From Hypanus sabinus (Eukaryota), in NCBI RefSeq assembly GCF_030144855.1, contig NC_082719.1:49290001-49354000 (forward strand): a stretch of 64,000 nt of DNA, given 5' to 3'. This document shows, one piece after another, positions 1-12,005 of the stretch (position 1 is the stretch's first letter; each line of letters begins with the position of its first letter). The translations under genes were made by a program, and so were the position numbers. A model generated the notes under the pieces. The model worked only from the letters and a program-made list of their open reading frames with translations. It ran no database searches and had not been told where the DNA came from.

Positions 1-420
1 TACTGATTAAGGAAACCTTACTGAACATATTTGACAAACTCTATCCAGTATGGGAGTCCCAATCAATATGTGAATGTTGAAGTCATCTACTACAACAACT
101 TTTATGTTTCTTCCAGCAGTCAATAATCTCACAGCAAATTTGTTCCTCTAAATCCCTGGGACTGATAGGTGGTCTGTAATATTGCCCCATTAGTGTGGTC
201 ATACCTTTCTTATTTATCACTTCCTCCCATAATGCCTCACCAGATATGTTCTCTAGTCTGTCTGGACTGAGCACTGCCGTAACATTTTCCTTGACTAGTC
301 AAGACACACCTCCCCCTTTAATCCCTCCTGCTCAGTCACATCCAAAATGACAGAACCCAAAAATACTGAGCTGCCAGTCCTACCCTTCTGCAACCAAGTC
401 ACACCAATGGCTGCATTCAT
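1..420 (-). mobile_element. CR1 LINE ORF2 endonuclease fragment
   Basis: ORF 83..274(-) EALWEEVINKKGMTTLMGQYYRPP...LEEQIC matches the CR1 AP-endonuclease region and parallels the CR1 at 29029-29601. Boundaries approximate. Confidence 0.8.
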
Positions 421-2127
421 GGCTACAAGGAGCGTCAACAGAGCTCTACGAAGAGATGTTTCTTACAGGTTGACAGCAGTTATTTAAAAAGGGAGCTTCG
501 AGGGAGTTTGTCCATTGTATGTGGCCTATCGATGGCGTCAACAGAGCTCTACAAACTAAAAAAAAGTACAGAAGAGATAAGCGGAGTTGCCATTTCTGGG
601 AGTAGGCCAGTAGCGAGAGTAGAAGCAACAGGCTTTGGTGCAAAAGAGGCTTCGGCTAGGAAGGGGTGTCAACTCTGTGTAAAGCATCTGTTAAAGCTTC
701 CTTTTTATCCTTTTTTCTCTCTTACTATGCCATTTAAATGGCTGTGGTGTGTACTTTGTGCTGGATGTTGAGGTCTTGGGAAACCCAGAGTCTCTCAGGG
801 AACTACATCTGTGTGAAGTGCACCCGGCTGCAGCTCCTTGAAGATTGTGTTAGGGATCTGGAGCAGCAACTGGATGACCTTTGGTTTGTACGGGAGACTG
901 AGGAGATGATTGATCGAAGTTACAGGGAAGTAGTCACCCCAAAGCTGCAGAGCCAAGTAGCTGGGTGATGGTCAGGAGAAATGGAAATAGGCAGTTAGAG
1001 CAGAGCACCTGTGGCCATTCTCCTCAGAAACAAGTATACCGTTTAAGATACTTTTGTGGGAGATGATATCCCGGGAGAATGCAAATGTGACCAGGCTACA
1101 GGCACTGAGCATGGATCGGTGCTGCAGAACGGTAAGAGAGAGAAGAAGGGAGCAGTAGGGATAGGGAACTCGATAGTGAGGGGAACAGACAGGAGATTCT
1201 GTGGACATGAACGGGACACCTGGATGTTATGTTGCCTCACAGGATCAGGGACATCTCAAATCGTGTCCACACATTTTGGAGAGGGAGGGAGAGCAGCCTG
1301 ATGTCTTGGTACATATTGGGAACAACGACATAGGAAGGAAAAGCAATGAGGTCCTGAAAAGAGAATTTAGACAGCTAGGTAGAAAGCTGAGAAGCAGGAC
1401 TTCCAGGGTATTAATCTCTGGATTGGTGTATGTGCCACATGCCAGTGGGAGTAGAAGCAGGAATGATTTGGCAGATAAATGCGGGACAGGGAAGATGGTA
1501 CAGGGGCAAATACGGTACTCAAAGTGTAGTTAAATGCGTGTAGTATAAGAAATAAGGTGGATCTTGTTGCAATATTACAGATTGCCACATATGGTGTTGT
1601 GGCCATCACTGAATCGTGTCTGAAGGATGGTTGTAGTTGGGAGCTGAATGTCCAAGGTTACATATTATAGGCTGAGCTGGTGGTGAGGCTCTACGGGTAA
1701 AGAATGGCATCAAATCAGTAGAGAGATGTGATGTAGGATTGTTACATGTTGAATCCTTGTGAGCTGAGTTTAGAAATTGTAAGGGTAAAAGGACGCTGAT
1801 GGCAGTTATGTACAGGCCTTCCAACAGGTTACAACAGTAAATACAAAAGGTGAATCAAAAGGGCTATGTTATGATAGTCATGGGAGATTTTAACATGCAG
1901 GTTGATGGGAAAATCAGGTTTGTAATGGATCTCAAGAGAGTGAGTTGTAGAATGCTAAAGAGATAGCTTTTTAGAGCAGTTTGAGCCTACTAGAGAATCA
2001 ACTAGACTGGATTGGGTATTATGTAATGAACCAGAGACAATTAGGGAGATTAGGTTAAAAGAACCCTGAGGAACCAGTGTTCACAATATGATTGAGTTCA
2101 ACTTGAAATTTGATAGGGAGAAAGCAG

Positions 2128-2827
2128 AAAACAAAACAAAAAAAAAAAGAAAAAAAAACTAGGCTGGTATAATTTGTTAATTATAATTATTCTGTCCTTG
2201 ACTCCGTTCCTCCTTCCATAAACAGTTAATAGGAAAAGGATTCAAAAAAAGAAAAAACAAATCAACTGAAGTCATATGTATGGAAATATTGAATAAAAGA
2301 CTCCCAAGCTTTCATTGAACTTAATGGAGGAATTAACCGTGCAACTCCTAATTTTTTCTAGGGTTAAGCAAGCTATAGTTTGAGAGAACCAAGTATATCC
2401 ATAGAAGATAGGGAAAAGATTCTTAAATTAGTTAATACTTCTTCAATGTGTGCTGGACATACTTTAATACAATTCAAAGTGGTTCATAGAACATATATGT
2501 CAAAAGACAAACTAGCCCATTTTTATTCCCATATAAATCCTATGTGTGTTGGATGTAACTCTGAGGTTGCTTCTTTCACCCATATGTTTTGGTCTTGTCC
2601 TCTTTTGAAAATATATAGGAAAGACATATTTGATATTGTTTCAACAGTTTTACATATTGATTTACAACTCCATCCTATTACTGCAATTTTTGGATTACCA
2701 ATGATTGAGTCTAGTTATTTATCATCTTCAGCCTGCTGTTTGATAGCATTTGTTATGCTGATGGCCAGAAGATCCTTTTTATTTAATTGGAAAGATCCTG
2801 ATCCCCCTACTACACTTCAATGGTTCT
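2128..2827. mobile_element. 5'-inverted L1-clade fragment (ORF2 C-terminal zinc-finger region plus part of the 3' UTR) inside CR1
   Basis: 2392-2827(+) encodes IQFKVVHRTY...CVGC...HMFWSC...PTTLQWF. 2391->2128(-) continues WFSQTIACLTLEKIR and then a T-rich UTR. Confidence 0.85.
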
Positions 2828-3797
2828 TGCATCTAAAAAAATCATTAGAAGGAAAAAAATGAAATATGAAAGCAAGCTAGCAAATCATATCAAAGTGGAT
2901 TGTAATTTTTTTTTCAATTATGTTAAAAATAAAAGAGAAATGAGAATGGATATATGACCATTAGAAAATAAGGCAGGAGAAATAATAACAGGGCTGATGA
3001 ACTAAATGAGTATTTTGCTTCAGTCTTCACTGTGGAATATACTAGCAGTTTGCCTGATGTTGTAGTGTCTGAAGGAAGAGAAGTGGGTTCTGAAAGAGGT
3101 AGCGTTAGTGAGTGTGGTGACATTAGAAATGATCTTTCAAAATTTATTGGACTCTGGCATGGTGGCAGAGCACTGGAATATTGCAAATGTCACTCCACTC
3201 TTTAAAAAAGGAGGAAGGCAGTAGAAAGGAAATTATAGACCAGTTAGCCTGACCTCAGTGGTTGGGAAGATGTTAGAGTCAATCGTTAAGGATGAGTTGA
3301 TGGAATACTTGGTGACACAGGACTTGGGATCACTTCTTTTTATGTCAAATATAAATGATTTAGGTGATGGAATAGATGACTTTATTGCCAAGTTTGCAGA
3401 TGATATGAAAATAGGTGAAGGGGCAGGTAGTGTTGAGAAAACAGGTAGGATGCCGAAGGACTAAGACAGATTAGGAGAATGGGCAAGAAAGTGGCAAATG
3501 AAACTCAATGTTGGAAAATGCATGGTCATGCACTTTGGTAGTAAAAATAAATGTGTAGACTATTTTCTAAATGGGGGAAAATCCAGGAATCTGAGACACA
3601 GAGGAACTTGAGAGTACTTGTGCAGAACATCCTGTAGATTAACTTGCAGGCTGAGTCGTTGATGAGGAAAGCAGATGTCATTTCAAAAGGACTAGAATAC
3701 AAGAGCAAGGATGTGTTGCTGAGGCTTTATAAGGCACTGGTGAGGCCTCACCTGGAGTATTGTGAACAGTTTTAGACCCCTCAACCTAGAAAAGATG

Positions 3798-4453
3798 GAA
3801 ACATAGAAAACCTGCAGCACAATACAGGCCCTTTGGCCCACAAAGCTGTGCTGAAAATGTCCTTACCTTAGAAATTACCTTGGGTAACCAATAGCCCTCC
3901 ATTTTTCTAAGCTCCATGCACCTATCCAGGAGTCTCTTAAAAGACCCTAGCATATCTGCCTCCACCACCATCAGCCTATTCCACGCTCTCACCAATCTCT
4001 GAGTAAAAAACTTACCCCTGACATCTCCTCTGTACCTACTCCCCAGCACCTTAACCCTGTGCCCTCCTGTGTGAGCCATCTCAGCCCTGGAAAAAATCCT
4101 TTCTCTATCCACACGATCAATGCCTCTCATCATCTTGTACATATCTATCAGGTCACCTCTCATCCTCTGTTGCTCCAAGGAGAAAAGGCCGAGTTCACTG
4201 AACCTATTCTGATAAGGCATGCTCCCCAATCCAGGCAACATCCTTGTAAATCTCCTCTGCACCCTTTCTATGGTTTCCACATCCTTCCTGGAGTGAGGTG
4301 ACCAGAACTGAGCATAGTACTCCAAGTGGAGTCTGACTAGGGTCCTATATAGCTGCAACCTTACCTCTTGACTCAAACTTAGTCCTACAATTGATGAAGG
4401 CACCATATGCCTTCTTAATCACAGAGTCAACCGGCGCAGCCACTTTGAGTGTC
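3798..4453 (-). mobile_element. 5'-truncated CR1 nested in CR1, 4-bp TSD GATG
   Basis: ORF 3786..4406(-) LYRTLVRLHLEYYAQFWSPH...ERVQRRFTRMLPG. GATG at 3794-3797 and 4454-4457; host CR1 sequence rejoins across them. Confidence 0.85.
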
Positions 4454-5164
4454 GATGTGCTGGCATTGGAGAGGGTCCAGAGGAGGTTCACAAGGATGAT
4501 TCCAGGAATGAAAGGGTTATCATACAAGGAATATTTGATGGCTCTGGGTCTGTATTCACTGGAATTCTGAAGGATGGTGTGGGGGGGGGGGGGGGAATCT
4601 CATTGAAACCTTTTGAATTTTGAAAGGCCTAGACAGAGTAGATGTGGAAAGAATGTTTCCCATGGTGGGATGGTCTAGGACAAGAGGGCACAGCCTCAGG
4701 ATAGAGGGGCACCCCTTCAAAACAGAGATGCAGAGAAATTTCTTTAGCTGAAGTGTGGTGGATTTGTGGAATTTGTTGCCACATGCATCTGTGAAGACTA
4801 GGTCATTGCATGTATCCAAAGCAGAGATTGATAGGTTCTTGATTGGACATGGCATCAAAGGTTATGGGCAGAAGGCTAGTAACTGTGGTTGAGGAGGAGA
4901 TAAACAAAAAAAGGATCAGCCATGATTGAATGGTGGAACAGACTTGATGGGACAGATGGCCTAATTCTGTTCCTATGTCTTATGGTCTTATGGTTTATTA
5001 TCATAATTCCAGATGTTGATCCATGACCTGAGTTCATAGGCCTTTCCTACAACATCTCTTGCATTGAAATATACACAGCTCAGGAATTAATTGCACCATG
5101 CTCAATCTTTTGATTTTGATTGTCTGAGGTCTTAATAACTTCTATCTCCACAACTTCTTCACTA

Positions 5165-5935
5165 ACTATTCGGGCACTCTGCTTCCCATCCTCCTGCAAC
5201 TCTAATCTAAACTCCAACATGCAGCACGAGGAAACCTTCCTGTTAGGATACTAGACTCCTTCCAGTTCAGATGCAAACCATCTCCCCTGTAAAAGTCCCT
5301 CCTTCCCTGGAAGAAAGCCCAATGATCCAAAAATCTTATGCCCTCCCTCCTACACCAACTCCTCAGCCATGTGAAAACTTGCATAATCTTCTGTTTCTGA
5401 CCTCACTAGCAAGAGGCACAGGTAGCAATTCTGAGATCACAACCCTGGAGATCTTGCCCTTTAACTAAGCACCTAACTTCCTAAATTCACTTTACAGAAC
5501 TTTGTCACTCTTCCTACCTATGTCATTTGTACCTACATGGACCACAACCTCAGGCTGCTCACCCTCACACATAAGAATGCTGAAGATTCAATCTGAGATG
5601 TACTGGACCCTGGCATGCGGGAGGCAACATACCATCTGGGAATCTTGTTCTCATCCACAGAACCTCCTTTCTGTTCCCCTAACTAACAGATCTCCTATCA
5701 CCACAACTCACCTCTTCTCACCCTTCCCTTCTGAGTTGCCAAGTCAGACTCAGTTGCTGAGGCCTGACCACTGTGACTTCCTTCTGCTAGATCATCCTCA
5801 GATCCAACCCCAACAACAGTTGTTGAGGGGGTGATCACAGGGGTACTCTGCACAGGCTGTTTAACTCCTTTTTGCCTTCTTGACTGTCACTCAGTTTCCT
5901 ATGTCCTGCATCTTTGGTGTAACTACCCCTCTATA
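5165..5935 (-). mobile_element. CR1 ORF1 (esterase) fragment
   Basis: WLRSWCRREGIRFLDHW...DGLHLN (5202..5384-), homologous to ORF 29685..30254. Confidence 0.8.
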
Positions 5936-5957
5936 TGTTACAATATAATTGTAATAT

Positions 5958-6172
5958 TGTGGCGACCCATTTCCTGGCACATCCGAACCAGCTCACAATT
6001 AGATAGCCTACGGGGGTTTGCGAGCACAGAGCTTTGGAGCCTCTGCGCCACGGGGGGCAGGTTGAGGGAGGCTTAAAAGTGAGGCTGAGGATTTCGAATA
6101 AAGTTTTTTCCTTCGACTGCAGTTACCGACTCCATGTCGTAATTTTAGCGCTGCATGTAGCACACCGCTACA
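5958..6172 (+). repeat. 5' LTR of the CsRn1-clade element (215 bp)
   Basis: TGTGGCG...CGCTACA termini, AATAAA at ~6097, roughly 95% identical by eye to 9940-10155. Confidence 0.95.
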
Positions 6173-6174
6173 AT

Positions 6175-6188
6175 TGGTGACCCCGACG
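6175..6188 (+). promoter_or_regulatory. Primer binding site complementary to tRNA-Trp
   Basis: TGGTGACCCCGACG two nt after the LTR; same as the first 14 nt of the avian sarcoma-leukosis virus tRNA-Trp PBS (TGGTGACCCCGACGTGAT). Confidence 0.9.
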
Positions 6189-6212
6189 GTCCAAACGATT
6201 TTTGGACCAGAA

Positions 6213-6902
6213 ATGACCGACGCCGCCTCTGTTCATGCGGTTTCGTTGAAACTGCCGGGTTTCTGGACACAGCGCCCGGACCTATGGTTCCAGCAAGCCG
6301 AAGCCCAATTCCACGTTCGCCAGATCACCTCAGAAGACACCCGCTACTACTATGTGGTGAGCTCCCTCGACCAGGACACAGCGGCCTAGGTCGCGGAGTT
6401 CGTACAGTCGCCCCCTGTAGACGGCAAGTACATGGAATTCAAAGCCCTGCTCCTCAGGACTTTCGGACTCTCACGGCGCGAGCGGGCTGCCCGTTTACTG
6501 CACCTGGATGGCTTGGGCGACAGACCTCCAATGGCTTTAATGAATGAGATGTTGTCTCTGGCCGACGGACACACACCCTGCCTCATGTTTGAGCAGGCAT
6601 TCCTGGAGCAGCTACCCGAGGACATACGCCTGCTGCTGTCCGATGCGGATTTCAGTGACCGCCGGAAGGTGGCAGCCCGGGCGGACTTGCTGTGGAACGC
6701 CAAAAAGGTGAGCGGGGCGTCCATCACACAGATCTCCCAGCCACGCTCCCAGCAGCAAACCAGTCCAGGCCCGGCCGCAGAGCCCGCCAACCCCCAGCCC
6801 AATGAACACTGGTGCTTCTACCACCAGCGGTGAGGCGCAGAAGCCCGCCGTTGTCGCCCGCCCTGCAAGTTCCCGGGAAACGCCAGGGCCAGTCGCCGCT
6901 GA
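6213..6902 (+). pseudogene. gag: gag with CHCC motif and two premature stops (6387-6389, 6831-6833)
   Basis: MTDAASVHAVSLKLPGFW...WFQQAEAQF; C-terminal C-X2-H-X9-C-X3-C (CFYHQR*GAEARRCRPPC). Confidence 0.88.
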
Positions 6903-6932
6903 TGGCTACGGCGGCTGGCCATCGGGATAGCC
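6875..6932 (+). promoter_or_regulatory. Programmed -1 ribosomal frameshift signal (slippery heptamer + stem/pseudoknot)
   Basis: G GGA AAC in the gag frame (6875-6881), 5-nt spacer, 12-bp stem 6887-6898/6909-6920; pol lies in the -1 frame. Confidence 0.85.
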
Positions 6933-9923
6933 TCCTGTATGTGTGGGACAGAAGGTCCGGACACCGGTTTTCGGTCGACACTGGTGCCGAGATCAGTGTT
7001 TTACCTCCGACGAGTTACGACACCCGCAGCAGGGCACCGGGGCCCCCCCTGAGGGCCGTGAACGGCAGCACAGTAAGGACCTATGGCACCCGTCAGGTGC
7101 AGCTACAGTTCGGCTCCAGCCAGTACACGTGGGACTTTACACTGGCCGCCGTAGCCCAACCACTTCTGGGTGCGGATTTTTTGCTGGCTCACAGCCTACT
7201 GGTCGACCTGCCCAGGAAGAGACTGGTACACGCCAAGACCTTTCAGACGTTCTCCCTGGGTGCAGCCCAGTTGCCAGCCCCTCACCTCGGCTCCATCATG
7301 CTGTCCGACAACGACTTCACCAGGGTCCTGGCGGATTTCCCATCGGTTCTGGCACCGCAGTTCACAGCGGCCATGCCCCGACACGGCATACAGCACCACA
7401 TCCCGACCCAGGGACCACACCCCTCCACGCCCGCGCTCGGCGGCTTCCCCCGGACAAGCTCCAACTGGCGAAGGAGGAGTTCCAGAGGATGGAGGAATTG
7501 GGGATCATCTGACAGACCATGGGCCTCCCCCCTGCACATGGTGCCCAAAGCGACGGGAGGCTGGAGACCGTGCGGCGACTACCGCAGGCTGAACGAGGCT
7601 ACCACACCGGACTGCTACCCTGTGCCGCACATTCAGGACTTTGCAGCAAACCTGCACGGCGCACGGATCTTCTCCAAGGTAGATCTCGTCCGAGGGTACC
7701 ATCAAATCCCGATGCATCCTGACGATGTCCCCAAAATGGCTCTCATCACCCCGTTTGGCCTTTCGAGTTCCTCCGCATGCCGTTCGGCCTGAAGAATGCC
7801 GCACAGACGTTCCAGTGGTTAATGGACACGGTGGGACGGGACCTGGACTTCGTGTTCATCTATTTGGACGACATCCTCATAGCCAGCAGCAGTCATCAGG
7901 AGCATCTGTCCCACCTCCGTCAACTCTGCGCCCGACTGAGTGAGTACGGTCTTACAATCAACCCCGCCAAATGCCAGTTCGGACTCAATACCACTGACTT
8001 CCTGGGCCACAGGATTACTAAAGACAGGGCAACCCCTCTGCCCGCTAAGGTAGATGCGGTCCGCCACTTCCCCTGACCCACCACGATCAAAGGCCTTCAG
8101 GAATTCGTAGGTATGGTCAATTTCTACCGCCGCTTCCTCCCTTCAGCTGCCCGGATCATGCGCCCCCTGTTCGCCCTGATGTCGGGTCCGAGCAAGGACA
8201 TTACCTGGGACGAGGAGTCCGCCGCCGCTTTCGTTCAAACGAAGGAAGCTTTGGCTGACGCCGCAATGCTAGTACATCCCAGAATGGACACCCCTACCGC
8301 CCTCACAGTGGACGCATCAAACACGGCAGTCGGTGGGGTGCTGGAGCAGCTCATCGCAGGTCGCTGGCAACCCCTGGCGTTTTTCAGCAAACACCTGCGG
8401 CCACCCGAGCTCAAGTACAGTGCTTTTGACCGGGAACTGTTGGCGCTCTACCTGGCAATCCGGCATTTCAGGTACTTCCTAGAAGGTCGGCCCTTCACCG
8501 CCTTCACGGACCACAAACCGCTTACCTTTGCGTTTACGAAAGCGTCCGACCCCTGCTCGTCCCGCCAGCAACGCCACCTGTCCTACATCTCTGAATACAC
8601 GATGGATGTCCGGCACGTCTCGGGTAAGGACAATGTTGTGGCGGATGCGCTCTCTCGCCCTATCGTTCATGCCCTTTCCCAAGGGGTAGACTTTGAGGCA
8701 CTGGCAGAGGCGCAGCAGGTAGATGAGGAGATTCCGAGTTACAGGACTGCAGTCTCCGGTCTGCAGCTCCAGGACCTCCCCGTAGGCCCGGGTGAGAGGA
8801 CCCTACTCTGTGACGTCACCACCAGCCAGCCCCATCCCGTCGTCCTGACAGCCTGGCGGCGCTGTGTTTTCGACTCCATTCATAACTTGGTGCATCCCTC
8901 CATCCGGACGACTGTCCAGATGGTTTCCAGCAGGTTCCTTTGGCACGGACTCCGCAAACAGGTCAGTGAATGGTCCAAAACATGCATGCACTGCCAGACG
9001 GCCAAGGTGCTGTGGCACACCAAAGCCCCACCACAGCAGTTCCATCCCACCCACCGGCGTTTCGACCACATTCATGTGGATATCGTGGGCACCCTGCCAG
9101 TGTCGCGCAGAGCGCGGCACCTCCTGACTATCGTGGACTGGTTCACAAGATGGCCAGAGGCGGTCCCGCTCACTGAAACCACCTCCGAATCTTGCGCCCG
9201 AGCCCTGATCACCACCTGGATATCTCGCTTTGGTGTACTGGCCCACATTACCTCCGACAGAGGCGCCCAGTTCACCTCCAGCCTGTGGTCAGCTATGGCC
9301 AGCCTTTTGGGGACTCAGCTGCACCACACAACTGCCTACCACCCACAGTCGAATGGGCTAGTGGAGCGTTTCCACCGTCACCTGAAGTCGGCCCTCATGG
9401 CCCGCCTGCGAGGAGCCAACTGGGTGGACGAGCTTCCCTGGGTCCTACTCAGCATCCGCACAGCGCCCAACGATGACCTGCACGCCTCGTCAGCCGAGTT
9501 GGTATACGGCGCGCCCCACCAGCTGGTTCCTACCAGCAAGAGGAAGATCCCACAGCAGTCCTGGGCAGACTACGCGAGAAGCTCAGTAACCTGGCCCCCA
9601 TACCCACTTCACAGCACGGGCAGAACCCGACCTGCGTACCCAAAGACCTGCAGAACTGTAAGTTTCTGTTTGTACGAAGGGCGGGCATCGGCCACCGCTG
9701 CAGCGGCCATACGAGGGGCTGTTTATGGTGCTCCGGAACAACAGGTCCAGGTTCGTGCTGGACGTTGGGGGGAAAGAGGAGGTTTTCACAGTGGACCGCC
9801 TCAAACCGGCCCATGTGGACCTGGCGCAACCGGCCGAGTTTCCAGCACCTCGGCGCAGAGGCCGACCTCCCAAGCAGGTTCCGGCCCAGACTGTGGACAT
9901 TGGGGGGTGTATCGCCGGTTCTT

Positions 9924-9936
9924 GGGGGGGGGGGGG
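9924..9936 (+). promoter_or_regulatory. Polypurine tract
   Basis: G13 run three nt upstream of the 3' LTR. Confidence 0.85.
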
Positions 9937-9939
9937 TTA

Positions 9940-10155
9940 TGTGGCGACCCATTTCCTGGCACATCCGAACCGGCTCACAATTAGATAGCCTATCGGAGAT
10001 TGCGAGCACAGAGCTTTGGAGCCTCTGCGCCATGGGGGGGCAGGGTGAGGGAGGCTTAAAAGTGAGGCTGAGGATTTCGTATAAAGTTTTTTCCTTCGAC
10101 TGCAGTTACCGACTCCGTGTCGTAATTTTAGCGCTGCGTGTAGCACACCGCTACA
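9940..10155 (+). repeat. 3' LTR of the CsRn1-clade element
   Basis: Direct repeat of 5958-6172; its AATAAA is changed to TATAAA. Confidence 0.95.
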
Positions 10156-10745
10156 ATTGGTGACCCCGACGGTCCAAACGATTTTTGGACCAGAAATGAC
10201 CGACGCCGCCTCTGTTCATGCGGTTTCATTGAAACTACAATATAATAATTATATATTACAATTCTGATGGGCCAAGTACACTGTGAAATGTGCCCAAAGG
10301 GATCAGTGAACTTAACTGCTTGTGACAGAAGAGGAAGCAATATCTTGATGAGTGGACATTTTGGAAGGCATTTCAGGTTAATGCCAGGAGAGGGAAAAAG
10401 CAAAAACACAAGTAGCACACCCTTTTGCGGCACTGCCAAGGAAATAAAATTGTGTTGTTCTGACACACAGTCAATGCTAGTTGCTCTGAAACAACAAGAT
10501 TAATATGGTGGTTCACTATTGATGGATTCCAATAAATACTTTTGAGGCCCTAATCTCCAATCTCTTGCACTGTACAAAAATGAAATAAGGCAGGAGAAGT
10601 AGTTGATGTGGTGTAGAGAGGCTGTTTGGGATTAATGGCCATCATTCTACTAGTCTCAAGATCGTCATGAGGAAAGACTCATTTGATGATACTAAATCAG
10701 TGATTTTCAAAAGTTGATTGGGAGAGCTGTTTACAGGATGTTTGA

Positions 10746-12005
10746 AATCAGAATCAGGTTTAGTATGGCTAGCATAGGATATGAAATCTGTTGTTTTGTG
10801 GCAGTGGTACATTGCAATACAGAATAATAAAAGCAATAATTTACAATATGAGATATATACTGCACAAAAAAAGAAAATTCAATAAGTAGTGCTAAAGAAG
10901 GATAAAATTACTTAGGTAATGTCCTCTGATGACAGAGGTGAAGGAGCTGTTCCTGAAATGTTGAGTGTGGGTCTTCAGGCATCTATACCTCCTCTTTGAT
11001 GGCAGCAATGAGAAAAAAGACCTGTCCTGTGTGATAAGGTTCCTTAAAGATGGATGTCACCTTTTTGAGGCACTGCCTTTTAAAGGTCATGTGGATGTTG
11101 GGAAGCTAGTGCCTTTCATAGAGTTAGCTGAGTTTACAACTTTCTGCAGTTTTTTCCGATCCTGTGCAGTGGTCTCTCCATACGAGATGGTGATGCTACC
11201 TGTCAGAATGCTCTCCATGGTATATCTGTAGCAATTTATGAGTGCCTTTGATTTCATATCAATTCTCCTCAAAATCCTAATGAAGAATAGTCACTGTCAT
11301 GCCTTCTTTGTAATAGCACCAATGGAGGACACAGGATAGATCTACAGAGGTTGTAGACACCCAAGAAGATGAAACTGCTCACTCTTTCCACTTCTGATGC
11401 ATTGATGAAGACTGGTTTGTGTCCCTATACTTCCACTTCCTGAAGTCCACAATTATTTCCTTGGTCTTACTGATGTTGAGTACAACGTTGTTGCGACACC
11501 ACTCACCCTGCTGATCTATCCTGCTCCTGTACGCCTCCTTTTCACCATCTGAAATTCTGCCAACAATATTTGTGTCATCGGCAAACTTATAGATGGCCTT
11601 TGATCTGTACAATCCTGGGTGTTGAGTGAGTAGAGCAGTGGGCTAAGTACACCTGTGTTGATTGTCCGCACAGGCGAGAAGTCATTTCTGATCCACACTG
11701 ACTGGTCTTCCAGTGAGGAGGTTAAAGATTTAGTTGCAGAGGGAGGTATTTGAGGTTTTTGAGCTTGTTGAGTAGAACTGAGGGTTCAGTGTGTTGAATG
11801 CTGAGCTGTAATCAATAAACCACAGCCTGACAATAGGTATTGTCTGAGTAGAGAGCCAGTGAGACAGTGTCCACAATAGACCTATTGTGGTGATAGGCAA
11901 ATTGTAGCAGGTCTAAGTCCATGCTTAGGCAGGAGCTGATTCTAGCCATGAGCGAACTGTCAAAACACCTCATCAGAACACACGTGAGTGCTGCTGGGTG
12001 ATCAT
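10746..12005 (-). mobile_element. Rex1/Babar LINE RT and 3' end, decayed
   Basis: LQFAYHHNRSIVDTVSLAL, GVLSPLLYSL, KFADDTNIVGRI, NISKTKEIIVDFRK, DRKKLQKVVNSA; (TCTGAT)-type tail. Confidence 0.8.

Larger units (their letters stand above)
430..4995 (+). mobile_element. Decayed CR1 LINE (ORF1 zinc finger/esterase + ORF2 EN/RT) carrying two nested insertions and internal deletions
   Basis: ORF1 CxxC...CxxC plus leucine zipper (738..968) and SGNH block PDVLVHIGNNDIG (1201..1533). EN motifs at 1520-2120, RT KFADD at ~3390, 3' tail TCTTATGG repeats at ~4977-4995. Confidence 0.85.
6875..9939 (+). pseudogene. pol: pol (protease, RT, RNase H, integrase) with several frameshifts and a stop
   Basis: VDTGAEISV protease; YLDD at 7861-7872; TVDAS and DHKPL RNase H; HHCC zinc finger; HVDIVG/TSDRGAQF/NGLVERF integrase. 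Breaks near 7420-7510, 7760, 8074 and 9520. Confidence 0.92.
5958..10239 (+). mobile_element. Ty3/Gypsy LTR retrotransposon, CsRn1 clade, full-length but mutated; TSD ATAT
   Basis: Paired TG..CA LTRs, tRNA-Trp PBS, CHCC gag, PR-RT-RH-IN order, poly-G PPT. ATAT at 5954-5957 and 10240-10243. Confidence 0.92.

Noticed and set aside
5939-5949. TACAATATAAT as an 11-bp TSD with 10236-10246
   Set aside because: It is not adjacent to the LTR start; the 4-bp ATAT fits the clade and restores the hairpin.
8113-9984. 623-aa ORF as an intact or domesticated gene
   Set aside because: It is the RH-IN part of a disrupted pol, and the C-terminus after ~9520 is out of frame.
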